DNA from: a virus
DNA: 64,000 bases
Virus record (IMG/VR): IMGVR_UViG_3300033143_005712
Location: 1,544 to 65,543 of that record
Reading direction: 5' to 3' (one strand)
Positions 6,674 to 17,212 of this stretch are shown one piece after another. The position numbers and the translations under genes are program-made. The notes under the pieces are model-generated. The model was not told the DNA's origin. It did not search any database and saw nothing but the letters and a program-made list of their open reading frames with translations. Each line of letters begins with the position of its first letter. The first letter of the stretch is position 1.

Positions 6674-9109
6674 ATGGAAACAGTAGACCAACTGACAAAA
6701 ATGCGTAATTCATACGCAGCAAAAAATAAAAAGGATAAGGCGTGGTACAAGAGAATTATGGATTACTTGGATTATCGTACTCCTTTCAATCAAGGATTAG
6801 ATAGTGGTATCAATAGTGGTTACGGATACAACTTTTATGACTATGACCGGGTACGTTCAAAACGTATCAATTATAATTTATACAACGGAGTTATAGACAA
6901 AACTGATTTTGAATATGTCTATAAACCACTAGGAGAAGATGTAGGGGAACTGCCCGCAGACTTTACCAACAAAGATATTGTAAGTGGTAAGATTAAAGTC
7001 TTACTTGGAATGGAAATGGAGAGAACATTTCCTTGGCGTATCGTAGCTGTTAACCCAGAAGCTACTACTCGTAAAGAAGAAAAGAAATTTGGAATGATGA
7101 GGGAGTATGTTATCCAACAGATAATGCAACCAATTCAAGAGCAAATTGAAGCAAAAATGGCTGAGCAAAGTCAGGGCCAGCCTCTGACTCAAGAACAACA
7201 GCAACAAGTACAACAACAAGTAGCTCAAGAACTTGAAGCTATGACACCACCTGAAGTTGAAAATTATATGAAACGCAAGCATCAAGACCCGGCTGAAATG
7301 TTAGCTACTCAAATCTTGAGTTTCATCGTAAAAGAAGAAAATGTTGAATACAAGTTTAACAAGGGATGGAGACATGCATGTATATCTGCAGAAGAGGTTT
7401 ATTGGGTTGGCATCATAAATGACGAACCGGTAATCACGAACATCAATCCGTTATATTTCGAATATGATAAAGAAGCAGATGGAGACTTTTTTGAGGATGG
7501 AGAATGGGCAGGAGTAGAACTCTGGCTTACACCATCTCAAGTAGTTCAGTATTTTGGAGATGAACTAACAAATGATAATATTGATTCACTATATGAGGGA
7601 TACAATACCAGCCCGGAAGATATGGAGTTTCGTTTTGATGGAACATCCACTGATTATGGCAAGATACGTGTCTTGCATAGAGCTTGGAAAGCTTTACGTA
7701 AAATGGGATTTGTTCAATACATTGACCCCGAAACAGGAGCTATTGAAGAAAAGCTCGTAGGAGAAAACTATAAGATTTCTCCTGCATTGGGAGAACTTAC
7801 CGTTACTTGGGAATGGATACCTGAAGTATATGAAGGATACAAAATCAACAGTGATATTTATGTAAGATTACGTCCTATACCTTCACAACCAAAAAATCTT
7901 GAAAATCTTTATGAATGTAAACTGCCTTATTATGGTGGTGTATATGACAACATAAACTCTCAACCAACATCTCTGATGGACAGAATGAAAGTCTATCAAT
8001 ACTACTATAATATAATAATGTATAGAATTGAGATGTTGATGGCATCTGACAAAGGCAAGATTCTTTTGTTAAATATGAATATGATTCCTAATTCTCAAGA
8101 CATCGACATGGAGAAGTGGATATATTATACAGAGTCTGCCAAAATTGGATTTATGAATCCAAATGAAGAAGGTAATCAAGGTATGGATATATCTACTGCA
8201 GCTAAAGAAATTGATATGTCTTTAGTATCTGACATTCAAAAGTACATTGAATTGGCAGAATATATTGAACAAAGATGTGGTGCTACTATTGGTGTAACAA
8301 AAGAGATGGAAGGACGGATTGGACAATATCAAGCTGTACGAACTACAGAACAGGCAATCTCTCAAGGTAACTATATTGTAGAACCTTATTTTGATTTTCA
8401 CAATATTATTAAGAAGAACGCTATGACTGCACTTATGAATGTGTCAGTTATTGCTTACAGTCAAAATGGTAAAGAGAAGCTTAATTATATCATGGATGAT
8501 TTCTCAAGAGAGATTATCAACATAGATAAAAACTTACTTGCCTTATCTCATTATGGATTGTTTGTTGCTAACTCAATGGACACCATCAAAGTAAAAGAGG
8601 CAATCAATAACTTATCAATGGCTGCAATGCAAAATCAAGCACTTGACATGAGTGATGTTATTAGTGTAATTGAAAGTGACAGTATCACAGATGCTAAAGA
8701 AAAGCTTAAAGTTGGAGAAGACCGTAAACGTAAAGAACTTCAACAAGATAATGAAGCAAAAATGGCTCATGAAAAAGAGATGGCCGCTAAAGCTGATGAA
8801 GTACGTGAAGAAGAACGTAAACATGAAGGTGATATGATTGTATTGAAAGAAGAAGAACGCAGAGAAACTGAACTGCAGAAACAAGCTATCTTAGCATTAG
8901 GCTTTGCAGAAGACAAAGATGTAAACCAGAATCAGATACCTGATGTTATTGAAGTAATGCGTGAAGGAATAGATGCAAATATCAAACTTCGTAAACAAAA
9001 TCTTGATGAGAAAAAGTTTGACCATCAGAAAGGTGTAGATAAAAAGAAACTACAAATCGAAGATAAGAAGGCCAATCAAAAGGCTAATAAACCAGCTAAA
9101 GCAAGTTAA
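6674..9109 (+). CDS. Portal protein
   Basis: 811 aa directly after terL; crAss-type features (NYNLYNG, Q-rich helix, long C-terminal coiled coil). Confidence 0.9.
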   Translation: METVDQLTKMRNSYAAKNKKDKAWYKRIMDYLDYRTPFNQGLDSGINSGYGYNFYDYDRVRSKRINYNLYNGVIDKTDFEYVYKPLGEDVGELPADFTNKDIVSGKIKVLLGMEMERTFPWRIVAVNPEATTRKEEKKFGMMREYVIQQIMQPIQEQIEAKMAEQSQGQPLTQEQQQQVQQQVAQELEAMTPPEVENYMKRKHQDPAEMLATQILSFIVKEENVEYKFNKGWRHACISAEEVYWVGIINDEPVITNINPLYFEYDKEADGDFFEDGEWAGVELWLTPSQVVQYFGDELTNDNIDSLYEGYNTSPEDMEFRFDGTSTDYGKIRVLHRAWKALRKMGFVQYIDPETGAIEEKLVGENYKISPALGELTVTWEWIPEVYEGYKINSDIYVRLRPIPSQPKNLENLYECKLPYYGGVYDNINSQPTSLMDRMKVYQYYYNIIMYRIEMLMASDKGKILLLNMNMIPNSQDIDMEKWIYYTESAKIGFMNPNEEGNQGMDISTAAKEIDMSLVSDIQKYIELAEYIEQRCGATIGVTKEMEGRIGQYQAVRTTEQAISQGNYIVEPYFDFHNIIKKNAMTALMNVSVIAYSQNGKEKLNYIMDDFSREIINIDKNLLALSHYGLFVANSMDTIKVKEAINNLSMAAMQNQALDMSDVISVIESDSITDAKEKLKVGEDRKRKELQQDNEAKMAHEKEMAAKADEVREEERKHEGDMIVLKEEERRETELQKQAILALGFAEDKDVNQNQIPDVIEVMREGIDANIKLRKQNLDEKKFDHQKGVDKKKLQIEDKKANQKANKPAKAS

Positions 9110-9171
9110 TGCTATTAGCACATAATATGAAATGTTAAGATTAAAACTTAACAAATATTAATTTTTAAACT

Positions 9172-9179
9172 TAAATTTG
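9172..9179 (+). promoter_or_regulatory. Bacteroidota -7 element TAAATTTG
   Basis: In the AT-rich gap after the portal, followed by TAAG and an ATG 6 nt later; same context as 26143. Confidence 0.5.
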
Positions 9180-9185
9180 TAAGAG

Positions 9186-10424
9186 ATGAGTGAAGAAAGA
9201 GAAGTAAAAGAAGAAAGTCAGGAAGAACTGGCTACTTTTGAATGGGACACAGCCGACAACTTAGAACTGTTTGGCGAACCTATTGATGAAACAAAACTAA
9301 CTGATGAAGAAAAAGAAAAAATCGACAAAAAAGAAGAGTCTAGCAGTAAAGGCGATAACCCAGAAGACTCCTCCAACAAAGAAACTGGTAAGGAAGAAGA
9401 CAGTAAGAGCAATGTCGAAAAAGATGATAAAGTCATCGGCAGTGGTGAAGGCAGCGAAGAGGACTCTAAAAGCGACAAAGACCGTGATAAAGAAGTAGAA
9501 TTCTTCACTGGAAAAGAAGAAGAACCGGAAGAACAACCGGCTGGTGTAGGAGAAAAAGTGTTATCAATACTTGCCTCCGAACTAAAAAAACAAGGAATTT
9601 TCTCATCAGTTGAGATACCTGAAGGAGACCTGACAGAAGAAGAGTTTGTAGGTCTTCAGGAACAAGAGATTGAAAACCGCATCCAAGAAACATTCGAAGG
9701 ATTCTTCGAAGAGATGGATGAAGATGGAAAAGCCTTTTTGAAGTTTAAGAAAGAAGGTGGAAAAACATCAGAGTTCTTTGACGTAGTGAAAAATACTTCA
9801 GGTTATCCTACAGGCGATATTGAAACAGAAGTGTATCAAAGACGAATCGCCAGATTCCATGCTGAGAAAATTGAAGGACTTGATGTTGATGAAGCACAAG
9901 AGAAAGTTGATTGGCTTGAACAAAATGGAAAACTTGATAAATATGCCAGACGTTACGATGAAAAGGTAAGGAAACTTGAAGCAAGTGAGAAACAGCGTCT
10001 TGAAGATACAGCAGTAAAACTTGCTAAAGGCAGAGAAAATGAAGAAAAAGAATTTGCTAAAACGATTAAAAGTACACTGGATGAAACGGATGAGATTAAG
10101 AAGTTTACCATTTCAAAGAAAGAAAAGATTGAACTCTTGGGATACATCACAAAGCCTAGTGTAAAAGTTGGTAAAAACAGATTTCTTACAGGTCTACAAA
10201 GTGACTTGAATAAACTCTCACAGAATCCTGAAAGTCTGGTATTACTTGCAAAACTACTCAGAACAGATTTTGATACATCAAACTTGAGTACTAAGATTGA
10301 AACAGAAACAACAAAAGACTTGAAGAAGAATATTCAGAGAGCACAACAAAACATAAAACCGAGTACATCAGGAAGCACGAAAGGAAGGTCATTATCGGAC
10401 TTTTTCTCTGACGCTCCTGATTAA
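9186..10424 (+). CDS. Acidic scaffold-like capsid assembly protein
   Basis: Very acidic disordered N-terminus, helical C-terminus, located between portal and MCP. Confidence 0.7.
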   Translation: MSEEREVKEESQEELATFEWDTADNLELFGEPIDETKLTDEEKEKIDKKEESSSKGDNPEDSSNKETGKEEDSKSNVEKDDKVIGSGEGSEEDSKSDKDRDKEVEFFTGKEEEPEEQPAGVGEKVLSILASELKKQGIFSSVEIPEGDLTEEEFVGLQEQEIENRIQETFEGFFEEMDEDGKAFLKFKKEGGKTSEFFDVVKNTSGYPTGDIETEVYQRRIARFHAEKIEGLDVDEAQEKVDWLEQNGKLDKYARRYDEKVRKLEASEKQRLEDTAVKLAKGRENEEKEFAKTIKSTLDETDEIKKFTISKKEKIELLGYITKPSVKVGKNRFLTGLQSDLNKLSQNPESLVLLAKLLRTDFDTSNLSTKIETETTKDLKKNIQRAQQNIKPSTSGSTKGRSLSDFFSDAPD

Positions 10425-10448
10425 TTTTAACCTTTAATATAAACAGTT

Positions 10449-11897
10449 ATGAGTGCATTACACAATAAACTCGTTACGAAACAGATGCCTTGGCACGCAA
10501 ACATGACCGAGCTTAATCACCTCGGAGCTGCTTTGATTGCCAAGCCAGCTATTTTCGAATCGAAAATGAACCAGCTCTTTACTGCCCACCGTTATTCTGA
10601 TAATCCACTTACGACTAACCTTGTAGGACTTGGAAAGGAAGAAACTATCGGTAGCTCACAATGGGAATGGCAGTTAAAAGGAGCGACAACAAGGCCGTTA
10701 GTCTCTGTTGAGAACATTTCGGGAACATCCTATCCCGGTAAAGGTCTTACCAACTATAAAATCAAACTTGATGAAAACTGGTATCAACCCGGTGACATCA
10801 TCTTTCCCGGAACTTCTAATAAGAAGTACCAATCAAGGATTCAAGAAGAAGTTCAAAAAAGTGGTACAGGAACAATCTATCATGCCCGTCTGATGACAGA
10901 TGATAGGAATGCTTTTGTTCCGCCTACACTTCTTGCTCCCGGTCAGCAATGGGGAAAACTGTACTCACAGTATGAAGAAGCTGCCGAGCAGTCTGGCTCA
11001 ACTCAGTACAGTATGCCTTTAGACCTGACAAATAAAATGGGTCGCTACAGGAAAAAATATCAGGTGACAGGTGATGCTGCTGATGAAGTTCTTGCAGTTA
11101 AGATTCAAGACAACAAGGGTAGCTGGCATGACTCTTGGGTTAAATATGCCGAAGTTGAATACTGGCAACAGTGGTATCGTGAACTTGAAAGAGGTTTCTG
11201 GTATTCTCGTTCAACTGATTCAGTACTCGGTGCAAATGGTCGTCCTATTTATACAGGGCCGGGTCTCCAAGAACAATTGGAAGACAGCCATATCTACCGG
11301 TATTCTCACCTCACAGCTAAACTCATCGAAGAATACTTGATGGACATTTTCTACTCAAGGGTAAAACCGGGTAGCCAAAGGAAAATCAAAGGATTTACAG
11401 GTGAATATGGAATGCTGTTATTCCATCGTGCAATCCAAGATTGGTCGCAGAAAACAGGATTCATCCAAATCGTACAGGACTTAACAATGTCAAAAACATC
11501 TAGTCCTTATAACGAAAACGCTCTGCAAGCTGGTTACCAGTTTACAAAGTATATTATGGCAAATGGTGCTGAACTTGAATTGGTTCACAATCCATTATAT
11601 GATGACAGAGAAATCAACTTCGAAATTGACCCTGTATCTGGATTCCCTATTGAATCACAGAGGATTACTTTCCTTGACTTTACAGGAACAGGAAGCCAGT
11701 CCAATATCAGGATTATCAACAAGAAAAATGGTTACAAACTTGGTTACGTTGCCGGCCTGAGCAATCCTTATGGCCCGAACAACGGGAAACTGATGAGTCA
11801 CTCTGGAAACTATTATGAAATGCATGTCGAAAAACAAGTTGGCCTGCATATCGAAGATGTTACTCGCTGCGGGGAACTTATCCTCAGCCGTAACTAA
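10449..11897 (+). CDS. Major capsid protein (HK97 fold, crAss type)
   Basis: 482 aa with highly biased codon usage, position after the scaffold, followed by a strong terminator. Confidence 0.9.
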   Translation: MSALHNKLVTKQMPWHANMTELNHLGAALIAKPAIFESKMNQLFTAHRYSDNPLTTNLVGLGKEETIGSSQWEWQLKGATTRPLVSVENISGTSYPGKGLTNYKIKLDENWYQPGDIIFPGTSNKKYQSRIQEEVQKSGTGTIYHARLMTDDRNAFVPPTLLAPGQQWGKLYSQYEEAAEQSGSTQYSMPLDLTNKMGRYRKKYQVTGDAADEVLAVKIQDNKGSWHDSWVKYAEVEYWQQWYRELERGFWYSRSTDSVLGANGRPIYTGPGLQEQLEDSHIYRYSHLTAKLIEEYLMDIFYSRVKPGSQRKIKGFTGEYGMLLFHRAIQDWSQKTGFIQIVQDLTMSKTSSPYNENALQAGYQFTKYIMANGAELELVHNPLYDDREINFEIDPVSGFPIESQRITFLDFTGTGSQSNIRIINKKNGYKLGYVAGLSNPYGPNNGKLMSHSGNYYEMHVEKQVGLHIEDVTRCGELILSRN

Positions 11898-11912
11898 TGT
11901 GTTTTTCATAAG

Positions 11913-11942
11913 AAAGTTGCGGAGTTTGACCTCCGCAGCTTT
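11913..11942 (+). terminator. Intrinsic terminator after MCP
   Basis: aaagttgcggag-tttgac-ctccgcagcttt hairpin followed by ATTAT. Confidence 0.75.
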
Positions 11943-11991
11943 ATTATGAAGTTTTGAAAAAAGAGATATATTAACCTAAAAGTTCATTGAA

Positions 11992-12984
11992 ATGTTAGTA
12001 GAAGTAAGAGCGATTGAAAGAGACAAGTGGCATGGTAAAAAAGGAAGTGAAAATTTTACTCAACCCATGAAACTTGAATGCCTGTTTGATAAGTCAACAG
12101 GTAAGTATGCTACAGGTTTATCAGAAGAAGAACGGATTAAGCTTGAAGCAGATACAGGATACGATTTGTCAGATGCTTATTCAGAGACACCGCATCCTTT
12201 CTGGAGTTCAGCAACCGCAGTTATAAAACTGCCTGTAACAACAACAATATTTGACACCGAGAAGCCACTAGACCTTATAAAGGTAAAAGTCCTAAAGGCA
12301 AGTAAATATGTGGCGAACTCAATGAAGGAGTATGAAGAAGGAATGTTTCCAGAAGCTACTCATGTAATCTTTGATGAGAAAGAAGAAATGGAGATTAAAG
12401 CCTCCAAGATTCAGAAGAAACGCAAAGCAACACAATTAGCAATCATTATGACTGCTGATGAGAAAGCCAATGTAATTCAGATTCTCTCTCATAAATCCAT
12501 GCGAAATCAAAGTCAAGATTTCCTTGACGTTGAAATCGACAGGATTATCGAAGAAGATGTTACGATGTTCATTCAAACAGCAAAAGCTGATAAGAGTGAA
12601 ACTTACATCAAAGCAGCTATTCTTGAGGGCATTCACAGAAATATCCTGACAAAAGAAGGAAACATTATTCTGTATATGGGAGACCGTATCGGACATAATC
12701 TTGAAGAGGCTGTAAAATATTTTGCAGACCCTGATAATCAAATGATTAAAGCAAGTATGCTTGAGAAGATGACCTTTACAAAACCAAAAGAAAAGGTAGA
12801 AATACCTAAATTTGAACCAGAACCAGATGCTCCTTATGGTAAAGAACATATAACAGAACCTGAGTCAGAACCGATACTTGGGCCAGAAGAGTTTATTAAA
12901 ACTGAGCCGGAAGAGGTTAAAGTTGAGGAGAAACCCAAAGTTGTAAAAAAACCTCGAAGGCCAGTAAAAAAAGATAAAGAATGA
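11992..12984 (+). CDS. Conserved crAss-like post-capsid protein
   Basis: 330 aa, syntenic after MCP; low-complexity E/P/K tail. Confidence 0.7.
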   Translation: MLVEVRAIERDKWHGKKGSENFTQPMKLECLFDKSTGKYATGLSEEERIKLEADTGYDLSDAYSETPHPFWSSATAVIKLPVTTTIFDTEKPLDLIKVKVLKASKYVANSMKEYEEGMFPEATHVIFDEKEEMEIKASKIQKKRKATQLAIIMTADEKANVIQILSHKSMRNQSQDFLDVEIDRIIEEDVTMFIQTAKADKSETYIKAAILEGIHRNILTKEGNIILYMGDRIGHNLEEAVKYFADPDNQMIKASMLEKMTFTKPKEKVEIPKFEPEPDAPYGKEHITEPESEPILGPEEFIKTEPEEVKVEEKPKVVKKPRRPVKKDKE

Positions 12985-13706
12985 GTATAAAGAACATGCA
13001 TTATGATTTTAAGCAGAAGCTGGATAAGATTGACAGCAATGCTTATGTGAATCTTCAGATTCCTGAAATTGACAGGAAACTGAATGAGGGAATGCTGTTA
13101 TTTATTTTACTTATTGCAGAACCAAGATATAAGAATCAATTTGGGTTTGAAACCTCTCAAAGAACAATTGATGATTTGAGAATCCTTGTAAGGGATGACA
13201 TAGATTTAGCACTAAGAGAAGATATTGATGGAAATTTCGTTGCAACTCTTCCTGATAATTATATGTATTATTTATCTACAGGTAAATTATTGATAGGTAA
13301 AGACAATTGTGAATCACGAAGATTTACAACTAACATTATCCGTCATAATGACCAAAATGAAAGGAGGGATTTTTATAAATCTGACTTTGATTGGCGAGAA
13401 TGTAATATAAGATTTTTCTCAACAGGGATAAAAATATTTACACCTGAAGAAGCTACAGTAGAAAGTTTTTCTATTGATTATATTTTACAGCCTGATTATA
13501 TACATAATGCTGAAGACTTTGCTTCTGGTAGTTACAAACTTCCCGGTAGTACAACACCATTTACAGGATTTCGAGATTCTATATTACCAGAACACACACA
13601 TAAAGAAATCGTTGACTTAGCAGTAATGCTAACAACCGGTGACTTAGAAATGCCCTTAGCAGCTCAATTCAAACAAGGAGTGTTAAGGACGAAACAATTA
13701 CTATAA
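12981..13706 (+). CDS. Head-tail connector / ring protein
   Basis: Helix-beta-helix layout with ILPEHTHKEIVDLAV end, typical of crAss ring proteins; synteny. Confidence 0.65.
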   Translation: MSIKNMHYDFKQKLDKIDSNAYVNLQIPEIDRKLNEGMLLFILLIAEPRYKNQFGFETSQRTIDDLRILVRDDIDLALREDIDGNFVATLPDNYMYYLSTGKLLIGKDNCESRRFTTNIIRHNDQNERRDFYKSDFDWRECNIRFFSTGIKIFTPEEATVESFSIDYILQPDYIHNAEDFASGSYKLPGSTTPFTGFRDSILPEHTHKEIVDLAVMLTTGDLEMPLAAQFKQGVLRTKQLL

Positions 13707-13731
13707 TTATTAACAATTAAATTTTACAATT

Positions 13732-14934
13732 ATGAGTAGAAACAATGATGTCTCAAAAGTACTGTTCCTTCCTGATGAAGCAGCAGTAGCAGCAGATGCT
13801 GCATTATCAGCTCTTGCAAATGGTAATTGGGGACTGTATGATTATAATACAGGACTCTCAGTATCAGCACTTGATGCTGATATTGCTTCAGGACTGCCAA
13901 GAGAATTTTTCATTGCCTATGTAGGTGATGGAACACTAGGAACTGCAGGAGAAATTTATACCACTACAGGTACTCACATCCGAGCAGGACTTATTCACTA
14001 TCTAACTATAAACAATGATGCTGCTCCCGTAGCTCAGGCTATTGCAGTTCAAACCTTTACAGGTGTTCAGTCTGGTGCTGACGCAACTAACTACGATTAC
14101 GGTGTTAAATTTGATTTTCGTGGAAACACTGAAATTTATCAACGTTACGGTTATAACCAAGCTACCAAAACTTTCATGGGAACTACCAAATGTGTTGGTA
14201 ATACAGGTGCTGCTGAAGATGCTGGTGCTGAGATTTGTGCTCAATGGGCGGAAGCCGTAGGAAATGACCATGACCAATTTATTGGATTCGTTTGCGATGG
14301 AACAGGTATGACTGGTACAGGTGCTTCTTATACTCCAACAGGAGTAGCAGGAACTGCTGGTGTATGGGCAATTGATGGTACACCAACCACCGAAGCTCTT
14401 ACTCTCGCTGAAATCAGAAGTTATACCACTGGTTCCGGTGACCTTATCATAACCTTCACTTTAGGTGCAGGTGATGAAAATGGATTCTCAAACATGTACA
14501 CCTTTTGTGGTGTAAATGCTAAATATTTCAAACAACGTCAAATTGTAGCTGTACCATCACTTGTTGGTGGAGAGTGCCTCTGGGCAACTGCTGCCGAAAC
14601 CGTAGCAATGATTTACGGTGAAGGATACGGTTACGATATTAACGAACTGGAATACCAATGTGAAGGATTTACCGGAAAACCCGGCCCTTATCGTCAATCA
14701 AGATTGAATGGTCTTCCTTTCCACAATACAGAATTTATTGCTATACCAACTACAAAGTATACTGTAGAAGTTCTGGCTTATGACCAATACTCCGTTGGAG
14801 GTTGGTTAGAGTACTTCAACAACCAGAGTACTTACTTTATCCTTGTAGCCACACCAACTGATACCGATGCTTTTCCACAAAGGGCATTAGCTGCAATAGC
14901 AGCCGTAGTAGGTTGTACTGTGACTACCACATAA
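13732..14934 (+). CDS. Auxiliary capsid / major structural protein
   Basis: 400 aa, G/A/T-rich beta protein with MCP-like codon bias and its own terminator. Confidence 0.65.
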   Translation: MSRNNDVSKVLFLPDEAAVAADAALSALANGNWGLYDYNTGLSVSALDADIASGLPREFFIAYVGDGTLGTAGEIYTTTGTHIRAGLIHYLTINNDAAPVAQAIAVQTFTGVQSGADATNYDYGVKFDFRGNTEIYQRYGYNQATKTFMGTTKCVGNTGAAEDAGAEICAQWAEAVGNDHDQFIGFVCDGTGMTGTGASYTPTGVAGTAGVWAIDGTPTTEALTLAEIRSYTTGSGDLIITFTLGAGDENGFSNMYTFCGVNAKYFKQRQIVAVPSLVGGECLWATAAETVAMIYGEGYGYDINELEYQCEGFTGKPGPYRQSRLNGLPFHNTEFIAIPTTKYTVEVLAYDQYSVGGWLEYFNNQSTYFILVATPTDTDAFPQRALAAIAAVVGCTVTTT

Positions 14935-14961
14935 TACTCTTTTTTCGCTTACTTATCTTCG

Positions 14962-14996
14962 AGGGGGGTTGGGACTATTCCCTACTCCCCTTTTTT
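14962..14996 (+). terminator. Intrinsic terminator
   Basis: aggggggttggga-ctat-tccctactcccc stem followed by T6. Confidence 0.8.
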
Positions 14997-15008
14997 AAAA
15001 TTTGATGT

Positions 15009-16526
15009 ATGAAAATAGAAAAGACATACTATGACTTTTGGGGTAAAGACTACATATATTATATAGAGAGCAAAGCAAGTATTATCGCTTATTCTCTTAG
15101 TTCAGTTGTTGATGATGTGACTACATCAATTGAATACGACTTTATAAGCCCTCTGACTTTACTAACTATTACATTGCCTGCAGAAGGTCAATATGAACTT
15201 GTAATACGTTATCCTGATGGTAATGGTACAGCAACTGCTGTATACGACTTAAGATGTTATCCTGACTTAAAGGCTGACATCATTAGAACTTTCAAAGATG
15301 CTATTTGTAACTGTCCCGGTATTGGAAACAATCCTACAGTTTGTTCAACTACATCTATGAATGCAGTACAACAAGATGTAAATTTCCTTGAGATGGTTTA
15401 CAACTCTGCAAATCTCTATCGTGACTTACTTATGTCGCCAAGTTTCTTGAGAAAATATTCGTGTTGCTTTGTAACAACACTAGGAGAAAACTACTACAAG
15501 TTGGAAGCTCTCCTCAAATCACTATATGAAAGTGTAACAGTTGGTGGATATACCCCTGATTCTATGTATCTGTTAAGACTTTATACAGCATACTACTATG
15601 TAATGATTTACGTAATGGAACTAGATATGGCAAGTTGTCTTGCTGGTTCTGGTGGTACTCCGGGAGGAGGAGGTGATGGTTCAGGAGTTGATGGGCCGGA
15701 TGAAAGTGGAAGTACATGTGAAGATGAAGTTGCTGCAGTAGTAGAATTATTCAACCCTTCAGAACTAAAAGAATGCTTTATTAAGCTTGGACTGAATTTT
15801 AACGAAATATATAACAGCTTCAGACTTTGCTATCTTCAAAATCCTATTGGACTTTGTATAACTGCGGAAGAAGTAACACCTCCGCCACCTCCACCCGGAG
15901 TGGCAACAATAGATAATTTAACATATCTTGACTATGTAGAATTTGTAGAAATAGGAACAGACGTATTACCTTCTATCTTTCAATGGGAAATAACTGGTAC
16001 TCCTGAAAATCTTATTCTTACAGATAATGTTAGTCAGATTGTTGATGTCTCCGTAACAGGAACATCATATAATTGTGGTGCTGAAACATATAATCTTGCC
16101 AATAAAGGTTCTGTAAGTTGGCGTTTAAGAGGAGACAATGTAAATACAATTGACATAACTACTCAATGGATATATCCTGCTTATTGGGGTAAAAATATTA
16201 CTGGAACATTACCAAATGAAACAGAAATTAAAAATGGTACAAAAATTATCAGTGGTAATCTGAAGAATGAAGTTCTCTTTACTCCTAATACAGCAATTAC
16301 AGAATATGGTTGGGTAGCAGTACCAACACCAGAAGCAATTCAGTATATATCTTGGGAAGTTGGTGGTTCTGCTTTGAATGCAGGTGACATTGGAATGATG
16401 ATTGGAAGTACGGAATTTATATTGACAGATATAAATTGGACAGTTGTGGATGGTACTTGGTACGCAGTATATATATACAGTTATCCATCCGAAGTAAGTG
16501 AAGAAATTAGATTATCTAACCCTTAA
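15009..16526 (+). CDS. Virion structural protein (tail hub / fibre-attachment candidate)
   Basis: Cys-containing helical N-half, Gly-rich and poly-Pro linkers, beta-rich C-half. Confidence 0.55.
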   Translation: MKIEKTYYDFWGKDYIYYIESKASIIAYSLSSVVDDVTTSIEYDFISPLTLLTITLPAEGQYELVIRYPDGNGTATAVYDLRCYPDLKADIIRTFKDAICNCPGIGNNPTVCSTTSMNAVQQDVNFLEMVYNSANLYRDLLMSPSFLRKYSCCFVTTLGENYYKLEALLKSLYESVTVGGYTPDSMYLLRLYTAYYYVMIYVMELDMASCLAGSGGTPGGGGDGSGVDGPDESGSTCEDEVAAVVELFNPSELKECFIKLGLNFNEIYNSFRLCYLQNPIGLCITAEEVTPPPPPPGVATIDNLTYLDYVEFVEIGTDVLPSIFQWEITGTPENLILTDNVSQIVDVSVTGTSYNCGAETYNLANKGSVSWRLRGDNVNTIDITTQWIYPAYWGKNITGTLPNETEIKNGTKIISGNLKNEVLFTPNTAITEYGWVAVPTPEAIQYISWEVGGSALNAGDIGMMIGSTEFILTDINWTVVDGTWYAVYIYSYPSEVSEEIRLSNP

Positions 16527-16537
16527 AACTTGAAACA

Positions 16538-17002
16538 ATGTCTATTGAATTACAAGATAATATTTACACAGAAGCTCCGAAGGCTACAGACGAAAAAATG
16601 TTTTTTGGAACCGGAGTAGACCTTCTGTTCAAAGATAAAGATGATATTCCTGAACAATATAGATTTGAAGGAATGATTGCCCATGATACTGATTCACCAT
16701 ATACCATCTGGCAGTTGCAAGGTGGTATTCATGATGGTGATTGGACTGATATTACAAGTTCAGCAGCCGCAGTGCCGGATATAGTTCTAGATGGTGGTGG
16801 ACAATCAAATGCAGTTGAAGGACAAACAGTATTTACACTTCCCGGTGGACTTACTCAAACAAACTGTATGATATTTGTTAATGGTATACACATGACTGCA
16901 TATACATTAGTGGATAACGGTGGAACTTCAACACTGACATTCTTGTATGGTCTTGAACCTTGGGACGGAATAACTTATGTAAAATTCGAAAATATAGTAT
17001 AA
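16538..17002 (+). CDS. Small tail/head fibre-type protein
   Basis: AP...D...IP..YRFEGM...WQLQGG...W motif common at Bacteroidota phage fibre N-termini, plus a GQTVFTL...FVNG beta domain. Confidence 0.55.
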   Translation: MSIELQDNIYTEAPKATDEKMFFGTGVDLLFKDKDDIPEQYRFEGMIAHDTDSPYTIWQLQGGIHDGDWTDITSSAAAVPDIVLDGGGQSNAVEGQTVFTLPGGLTQTNCMIFVNGIHMTAYTLVDNGGTSTLTFLYGLEPWDGITYVKFENIV

Positions 17003-17020
17003 ACTACAAAAATTACAATT

Positions 17021-17212
17021 ATGTCTATTACAAAACCGAAAGTGAACAAACTCCAGAGTATTTCAGTAAAAACTGCTACTACTCCTATGGGAAAACTGCG
17101 TAAAGCAGGAACATTTGTCTTTGACGAAGACAATGAGAAAATGTATTTTCTAACTGCTGATACTGCAGCCAATAAATCATTGGCTACAATTTCAGCTAAA
17201 ACTGAAGTATAA
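17021..17212 (+). CDS. Stand-alone copy of the shared ~60-aa fibre N-terminal module
   Basis: ISVK...G..RKAGTFVFD..NEKMYFL aligns with the N-termini of the next three genes. Confidence 0.7.
   Translation: MSITKPKVNKLQSISVKTATTPMGKLRKAGTFVFDEDNEKMYFLTADTAANKSLATISAKTEV

Noticed and set aside
4515-11897. Inteins or self-splicing introns in terminase, portal or MCP
   Set aside because: ORFs are continuous and of normal size; no intein C/S...HN motifs or homing endonuclease ORFs seen.
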